The notes under the pieces are model-generated. The model was not told where the DNA came from. It made no database searches and saw only the letters and a program-made list of their open reading frames with translations. A stretch of 54,871 bases of DNA from the NCBI RefSeq assembly GCF_000002075.1, contig NW_004797825.1:137422-192292 (forward strand), given 5' to 3'. Of the stretch, positions 24,201 through 33,200 are shown piece by piece (position 1 is the first letter of the stretch; the number at the start of each line of letters is the position of its first letter). The DNA is from Aplysia californica. Lineage: Eukaryota. Made by a program: the position numbers and the translations under genes.

Positions 24201-27200
24201 CTTTTCACAGTCTGTGAATGAAGATATTGGCCGAAAATGGATACCTGGGTCAATGCATTTTATACTAATCAGTTGTAAAAGCTCAACCTATAGATTTGAT
24301 GAAACTATGTCCATGAAGGCTAAAATTGGAAAAGTAACTCATTTTGTCAGGGCGCCTCTGAAAAAACCCTTTAACAACATGGTTAACAGTCCACTGAAAT
24401 TTGTTGTGATCTCAAAGATGCCATGGCACCTGGCACAGATGAAGATGATGATGAGGATGAGGAGACCAGTGACTTTGCTACCGAGAATGATCTTCCCATG
24501 GCTCAGTCTTTTGGGAACACCCAGGTCTTGGCCTCTGAGTTGAAAGGAAATTCTCAGAACCAGGAGAAGTCGAGAAACATTGGGTAAGGCTGTACACAAT
24601 GAGTGACTTTAGCTAAATACATACACCCTGCTTTTGTACTGTGTAGTGTTTGTCATTGAAAGCTCTCGTTACATAAGAAGCTTTACAATTGACTTCAAAT
24701 GCATTTTTTAAAAGCAAAGCACCACTTACCGCTTTTGCAATTATTTGGAAAGATCCCATTTTTTATCAAGATTGGGCTCCAGTATAATTAACCATAAGCC
24801 TGAAAAATTAACTGGCTCCTAGCTGCTAATCTTAAATATAATAGACACAGGGGTTTTTGCTACTGTTTTTTGGTTTGGAACTCTAAGAAATTAGCTTGTC
24901 TAAGAGCTCTGCTAGGTTGTAAAAGGTTGTAAAACCTCACTAGTTTGTCAAGGTTTATCCATAATCTCGTACAAGAATACAATGTGTNNNNNNNNNNNNN
25001 NNNNNNNNNNNNNNNNNNNNNNNNNNNNNNNNNNNNNNNNNNNNNNNNNNNNNNNNNNNNNNNNNNNNNNNNNNNNNNNNNNNNNNNNNNNNNNNNNNNN
25101 NNNNNNNNNNNNNNNNNNNNNNNNNNNNNNNNNNNNNNNNNNNNNNNNNNNNNNNNNNNNNNNNNNNNNNNNNNNNNNNNNNNNNNNNNNNNNNNNNNNN
25201 NNNNNNNNNNNNNNNNNNNNNNNNNNNNNNNNNNNNNNNNNNNNNNNNNNNNNNNNNNNNNNNNTCAGGCCAATAAAACCTGAACTCTCTATAGATGGAC
25301 TCATCCGACTTTTGAATCTGGTGGAAAGTGATATGCGGGAAGCCTTTTCACTTGAAGGATACTATCGTTCCTCCTGGCCCGACACTGCCAAGAAAAATGA
25401 CATCATCAGGTACAAAATCTTTATGGTCATACTGAGCTGAGATTTGTTTTGTGTTTGAATTGATGTTTTTCATCATTGGAAATGGTTTCTGGCACTGTTT
25501 CTTAGTTTTTGAAAAGTGTAAGACTTCCAAATGTGTTTGTTTTTAGGTGTGATTGAGTGTTGTGCTTGTTTTTGTGTGCTTTTGTACTTAAAAAGGTGAT
25601 TTTGTGTTTTGTTTTGTATTACTTTATTAGTAGGTTTCTTCAAGGCACTAGGAAGTCAGTGTTTGAAGCTTGGACATTCTTTTTTGACAATGGCCACCCA
25701 TATTTTAAACTTCCATAGTATGTGTGTGTGTGCACGTAAAATCTGTTTGGATGTACATTTTTAAGTAGTTGAGTGTGTGTGTTTGCTTTGAAATTTGTGT
25801 GTACATATGTGTGTATGTGCAGAGGTGAGGATATACAGTTGACATTGTCTAAGATGGCCACTTGTTGTAAAGGAAAAACGTGGCCATTATAGACAGGTGG
25901 ACGTCTTTCACGGTGTCATTTTAATGTAAAAACAACACAAAGGAGGTTATGGAAAGTGCCAGTTAGTACTGGTGATTGTCTTATACAGGTGGCCATTGGA
26001 GCAGGTTCAACTCTAGATGTATATTTTGCTTCTAAGAGACATGTTTTTTACACAGGCACTCAAACAGCGGAGATGACCTGAACCATGTCGATGCCAACCA
26101 GATCAGTATGGTCATCTTAGAGCAGATTACTTTGATTGTGCGCAGCCTAAGTGAGAAATGTGTCCTGCCAGAGAACTTGCTACAGGGCAATGTCAGCTCG
26201 CTCACTGCATCTAGGCTCAGGTAGTTCTACCTACACCTTTCGTGTTAAAACATTGTCAGGGTAGTAATTTTTGTGGAAAAACACAAAAAAATGTTGGTTT
26301 TTGTTGGTCAAGATTTTTAAAATTTGACGATTGACATTGAAAGTTTATAGTTTAATCAACCTTTTTAAAATGATTGTTTTGATTATGCTTTGTAAGTTGA
26401 TTGGAAAGGGGGTGGATGGGGTGGAGAGGAATTGAAACTATTTTGTAAAGTGACAATTTTGAAATGTCTTTTAGTCTTTTAAAAGATCCCTTTATTTGCA
26501 GAGTTGGAAAAAAAATAGACTCATGAAGTAAAGAAATGATGTTAAATTAGTTTTTGTGGTGTTAATGAGGATATATGTTTATGTTTTTAGCAACACAATT
26601 TTTAAAGCTCTTTGTTTTTTTATTTTATTGAAAAGAAATTGGAATGCATAAAAAAACATTTTTGGGATTTTTTTCTTTTCAGACAGCATTTATCACCGGA
26701 AGCCCAGATAATCTGGGATGCTCTTTTCCATCACTTCCAACAGTTGGTCAAACACCAAGCCATGGAGCCTCAGGAGTTGTCTGCCATTTTCACACCTTGT
26801 CTTGTTGGTGAAGGAGGATCTCAGGACAAGGTGGGGTTTGTTTTTAAATGGAGATTTTGAATCCTGCCTTCTTACTTAAGGACAAGGGAAAGCCCTCAAT
26901 GTAAAAAGAAGGGAGGTATTTGTTCTGAACTTAGAGGAAACTGTTTTTGTCAAATATTGTTCAAGGAATAGCAGTCTTCAATTAATTTTATCTCCTTTAA
27001 CATTTGAGTGATCTGCAAATCTCAGAAAATTATTTGAAAAAGTGATAAGGATTGTGTTTGCATGTAAGAATCTATGCTGAGCTAGAAAAGATGTAGATAT
27101 TAAGTATACAGATTATAATTTCAGTTAGAGTTTTACTGTACTTGCAACACAAATAGATGATTTAAGTGCCAAAGATTAGAGGTGTTTCTAGAGAGCAATA

Positions 27201-30200
27201 TACAATGAAAAGAAGGAGGAGAGATAAGGACGATAGATATCTGATGGGATACAAGGAGCAAGTCACACCAGAGCACCGGCCAACTACCCACAGATACAAA
27301 TTAAAATGGTTCATGTTGTGAATAGTTACTTAATTTTTGCCCATTTTATTTTGATATTTTCAGGGACACATGTTTATGGTACGGCTCTTAGAAGACTTTA
27401 GTATGAACAACCCTGAAATTCTACCCAAACAAAGTTTCAACACTATCAGCCCTGCTCAAACTCTGGAAGGATCTGGTAGTTTCATGGATGATGGGAAAGG
27501 TAACTGCCGTTCTTCTTTGCTGAGACAAATTCTCAAAAAACTTATATGGTTCACTTTTTGGACTCCTGAATTATTGATTTTAAATTCGCATTCAAGATTG
27601 CATTATAGTCATCAGCATGAAGGTTATTAATCTCCTGAGATCCTTTTGTGGCTCAAACATTTGATTCTGAAGGATTTATTTGTCATAAGCCTCTTTTTAT
27701 TTTGGCTACTCAGTGCTTCCCACCAGCACCTCTGTTGAATTGATTGCAAGCAAAAGATATTAGTTTGGTTATTAGAAGAACAAAACATTTTTACCAGCTG
27801 TTTTCTTTTTTCTGTTGAGATGTGGTATCCCACAGGTAGGGTTGAAGCAATTGACCTCTTAAATGTCTAAACTGTATTTAAAGGGATACAAACATGTACA
27901 ATAATTTAAAGTCTATTACTTATCTGCAGACATCTACTATTCTGAGCATCTCCTTCAATTTCTTAAACTTTGACAAGTTTCATTTGCTTTTCCTCAGTGC
28001 CGCCACTCAAATTTGGAAGTCTACTGGATAAACCCCTGAGTGATGATGAATCCAGCTATGTGAAATCTAGTCTACCTCGGGATCCAACACCTCTCAATGG
28101 TAACAATGGCCTAGTATACTTTAGTTGGGAGTTGAGATATACTTCATGGGAGATTGTTAATTTTTTTTTCTTTTTTCTTTTCAATTTCCGTTCTTGGTAT
28201 CAGTAGTTTTTGTGCAGTGTAATAATGATGTAATGTTAAGCAGTATTCACTGAAAGATATAAGTACTGTACTCTGATCATTTGTTAACAACCATATAGCA
28301 ATCTCTCTCTCTCTTGCCCTTTTTAATTTATGTCCCGTGCATCCTTTTCTAGCTGTTTCCATGATGTCTCCGCCTTTTCCATTTCTGCTTCTACCGCTTG
28401 CCTCCATGTCTTCTCTGGTCTTCCTTTCTTACGTTTTCCTTGTGGATTCCAAGTCAAAGCCTGTCTGATGATGCATGTCGGGGGTCTTCTCAGGGTATGC
28501 CCAATCCATTTCTATTTCTTCACCTGTATGTCTTCCTTTACTGGCCTTTTGCTTGTTCTTTCCCACACTTGAAGATTTGTTGCTTGATCGTACCACTTGA
28601 TCCCCACTATCCTTCTTAAGCATCCATTTATGAAGCTCTGCAGTTTCCTTGCTCATATAGCAATGGTTTACCTCAAAAAGTTGATTACATTTGTGACAAA
28701 ACAACTAATTATTACTCTCACGAATCTAGTTCTTTAATTCTTCTCATGTATGTATTGTAATAACAGCTTGCAAATGTTTTAAAATGTATTTCACACATCT
28801 TTTACTTTCATGAATCTAGCTCTTTAACTTGCCTCTTGTATGTGTTGTAATAACAGCTCACAAATATTTCTTAATGTATTGTCACACTTTACTGTAGAAA
28901 CAGAAGCCTACAAGAGCATGCTGTCTACGGGTGCCCGTTCTCAGATGAGGCGTCAGTCATCTGGTCCGGATGATACTGATGATGATGTGGAGAAGCAGAT
29001 TGCCACAGTTCTGACCCAGAAGCCTGGGTGTGTATGCATTGTCTCTCTGCTTGGTGCTCCCTGTTTTGAATTGAGCTGATGTGTTATTTACAACAAATTG
29101 GCACAAAAGTCACCTGCAGCAATTTAGAATAATAGAACAGTTGTTTTTTTAGCAGAGGTTTTACTGCGCTCGCAACTTGAGCGCCAAGAGGTGGATGTTA
29201 ACAGAGAAGCCCTCAGGGAATCAGGCTTACTCTGCTCACCTCTCTAGTTTCAGCAGCCCAAAGTCTACTTCGACTATCAAGGCACCCCGGAAATAGCAGG
29301 TCACAAGAGTGTGACAAATAGAAAAAGAAGTAGAGGAAAAAAGACGAGGTAAAGAAACTTCAGTCAGTGATGATGCCTTGCGGCTGCGTTTCGGGGGGGG
29401 GTTAATAGAAGAATATTAACATTGAGAAAAGCAGAAGGAAGGCATCATCATCATTGCCTTTCTCACCGTGCACCAGGGTATAGGCCACGAGCAAACACCT
29501 TCCACCTTTCTCTATCCTGGACTAGCCTTTTGATGTTATTCCATGTTAGAAGGAAGGCACTACATGAAAAACCCAACAGCTACCATATTCTTAGTGATAT
29601 AATTCTCCCTGATATCGTACATATACTGACTACATGATCCTTTCCACAATTTTTCTAAAGTATTGATGAGTGCAGAAAAAGTAAGTGAAAACCCCCCCTG
29701 GAATTTAGCTTGACTTTGTCTTGTGGGGTGGAGATTGGAAACACCAGAGTTCAAGTTTGATCTGAAAAGTTTTTATTGTTTGTAAACTGAAGGTAGTGAC
29801 ATTCTTACCAGTTCGAAGTAAAACAATTTTGTATTGAAAATGACTAGAACTAATATAAAGTTGAAATGTTATCTTTTAATTTTAGTAAGAGTTTTACAGC
29901 ACATGCAACACAATAAGGTCATATAAGTGCCGAAGATTAGAAGTGTTACAAGAGAGAAACAAACACAAAAACGAAGGAGAGAAAGGGACGAAAGATGTTT
30001 GATAGGAAAGAAGGAGCAAACCACTCCAGAGCATCTGCCAACTGCCTGCAAAATGTTATCTTTGAGAATAAATTCTCTTTGTGCTTATGTGATAATAATA
30101 GAATATTATTATGCTTGACATTTGCCGATAGAAGTATCTTCTAGGTTCTATAAACAAGCATAGTTTTTATTTTTATTACTTTTGAGCAGTATCAGATGGA

Positions 30201-33200
30201 GTCTCGACTGGTAAGTGCTAAATCAAGCGCAAAGATACAATTATTCCAAAATATTTTTAATACCATACTTGGAGTTGTTTTAGCCTTGCACTTCCGGTAA
30301 AATATATCCTTATATTTCACACGTGAAATATAGGCTAGCCCTAAGCTGACGATATCTCACACGTGAAATATAAAAATTTGCACAAATTACTGCGTGCAAT
30401 ATATTCGCCTTCTAGGCTAACCTTCTGTAGCTAAAGTAGATCTATAGACTTGAATCATAGTAGATATCTAGGCCTATTCCTAGACCAAGCAATGTTTTGG
30501 CAGCCTCTCCCCCCCCCCCCCCCTCGTAGAAAAACTTTGTTGCAAAACGTGCGCACCATAGGCACCTAAATGAAGTGCCAAACACCAGTCTCCCACAGTC
30601 CCTATAGTAGAGAGTAGGCACAGTTCTTTACGTTGGCCTTAATTTTGTTCCAAATTGAGCCAAATGGTGCGCACCATAGTAACACGCGATTACGTCAGAG
30701 TGCGGCAATGTATTTTAGTGCAATGCACAAGTCTATGCTAGCAAACGACCTAGATCTAGATCTAGCCTTTGATTTGTTTTGGTTGCAAAGTTTAAAATCA
30801 AAGTCATCTCTATTCTCACGACAACATGTCATTTGAATGCAGTTTCTTAATCTTTCAACTTTTGAATTGTACGTTTTCTGCTTGCTTTGCTTACGCTTAC
30901 GTCATTGTTGTTTTATTTGAGGTTTATTTTGCGGACGGAGAAATAGGCCTACGGATAGCACAATAAAGATCTAAATGAAAACAATCCAGGTTTTTCCAGT
31001 CCCCACTCTGACTCCCAAGGAGGTGCAATTTTTTTCGTCACATAGAACTAGATCTAAATCTAAAACGCTTGAATGGATCTTCTTGTCGAATTAATTGGTT
31101 GTTCATTTGAACTTTGTTGGTCCGGATCAAATTTGGCCAGCTGATGTCAGTATGGTTTAACAAATTTATTACAATCGTTAAGGTGGCAGACCATGATTCA
31201 CTCGTTGAAACTTGGGATTACAACTTGGCAATTTCACTCGTAGGATAAATCATGATCTACCACCACAACTCATGTAATAAATTCTTTATCATGTTTACTT
31301 TTTCTGTTATTTTACTTGTAGATCTGAGCTCTTAGTTTTAAACAAGAGATTTGTCTTATTGTATTTAAAGCTGTAAAGGCAATTATTAATGCATTATTTG
31401 TGCTTTTAATGTTTTTCAGACCTATGATCTCACCTAAAAGACGTGTAGAATTGGATGACCCATCAGAAACAAGCTCACAGACACTGCAGACGGCCTCTCA
31501 TGTCTACGTCCCAACTGCTATGGAGTCCAGGTGATATTACGTACATAATACCAGTTCCTGTTCTTTTGCCTTTCAGTATTTTTATTTCTTTCTTCTGCCT
31601 CCTTGTTAAGCATGCTTACCTTTTTTCTCATCCATCTTAATGCTGTACTCAGCCTTGTGGATCAGCGAATTGTTCAGTTTAGTATTCCCACAGAAAAGCA
31701 TTTTGTCTCTGCCACAACTTACATTGTATTGTTGATTACCTTCTCATTCTATAAACATATAAATACTTGTGGCCTTTCTCATGCACATTTATGTAAATAT
31801 TCCTTTTCTTCATCTCCTACACCCACATTATGTATTATATCTATGATTTTTCTCGAGCATATTTAGGTAGTTGTTACTTTCCTTTTCCTTCCCTTAGAAG
31901 TCTATGAGTACCTTGCTGTCTTTCTTATGGCTATTTGTAGGATTGTTACTTTTGTTCTCCTCCTTTAAACATCATAAACGCTTACCTGTGATCCTTCTCA
32001 TGCTTATTTTTTAAATTGTTAATTTCCTTCTCCTTCCATAAGAAGCCTCTGCATAACCTGTGGTCTCTCTTATGACTTGTTATAGAATTGTTACTTTTGT
32101 TCTTCTCCTTCAAAAACACACATACGCACGCACGCATTTACACACACTCCCATGTGTGCCTGCTTTTCTCATACTATTTATGGATTTACTACTTTCCTTC
32201 TACTCATTCTGGAAATGTATGTACCTGAGATCTTTTGCTTGCCTGTTAATTAAATTGTCACTTTCTTTCTCCTTTTTCTCCTCCTTCTCCTTGAAAAGTC
32301 ACTTATGACGCAGCCTTACACTGAGAAGTCAATATATTTTCTATAGGCAGTAAAAATTGTCTACAATGGCCTCCCATTATTGAGGAGAAAAAAGGTTGTC
32401 TTTGATAGAAGATGGACATCTTGGACAGTGTCATTCTAATATGAAAAAATACAAGGGGGAAAGTCGGAAGTGATTGTTTATACAAGTGAAAGTCTTGGAT
32501 AGGTGGCTGTAAGAGCAGGTTCAAATGTCTCAGTGCTATGTCTGCATAATTAACAGAAAATCCCCGAAAAGTGTGGTACCAGGTATTATTCTTTATGCAG
32601 TATCATTTAATTTACAAGAATGTAGAAAAAATATGCAGGTTTCATAAAACACATTTACTGTTTTTATATTGCTAAAGAATATTTTGTTGTCTCCTCAGGC
32701 CTATGGGAGGTAATACCAGCAGTGGACAGCCGAAATTTCAAGGTAAGAAAATTTTACATCATTAGCTCAAAAGTTATTGATGTATGGAGATTATTATTAT
32801 GAGAGAGATAAAATTCAACCTTTACATTTATAATAAATAGACAAAGATGGATTGATGTTATACTGCAGCTGCTTCGTATTAACTCCTTTGACCCTCAGGG
32901 TCAGTTCGTGCGTTACCGGGCAGTTTTGGATCCCCAGGAACAAAGAGTAGTGCTAGATTTAGTGGTCAGTTGTATATGATTAGACCCAGTTTGTAAATAC
33001 TACTTACTATTTCTAAAAAGAAAAGATTTCTTTGTACAGGAAAAATATTGCTGAATGTGAATCTGGAATTAGTTTTATGTAGTTCATCTTATAGAAGCAG
33101 TGTGCCAAATACATCCCATGATGAACAGCTTTCGTCATCATGGTCCTCGTGCTTTGCAAGGCATGTCGCACCGTGTATGTCATAGCAGCATCTTGCCTCC

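Noticed and set aside
24154-24543. ORF 24157..24543 and the acceptor at about 24153 as an extra KIZ exon
   Set aside because: No strong donor gives a phase compatible with exons 6 and 7; the acidic exon 24418-24583 is in a different frame.
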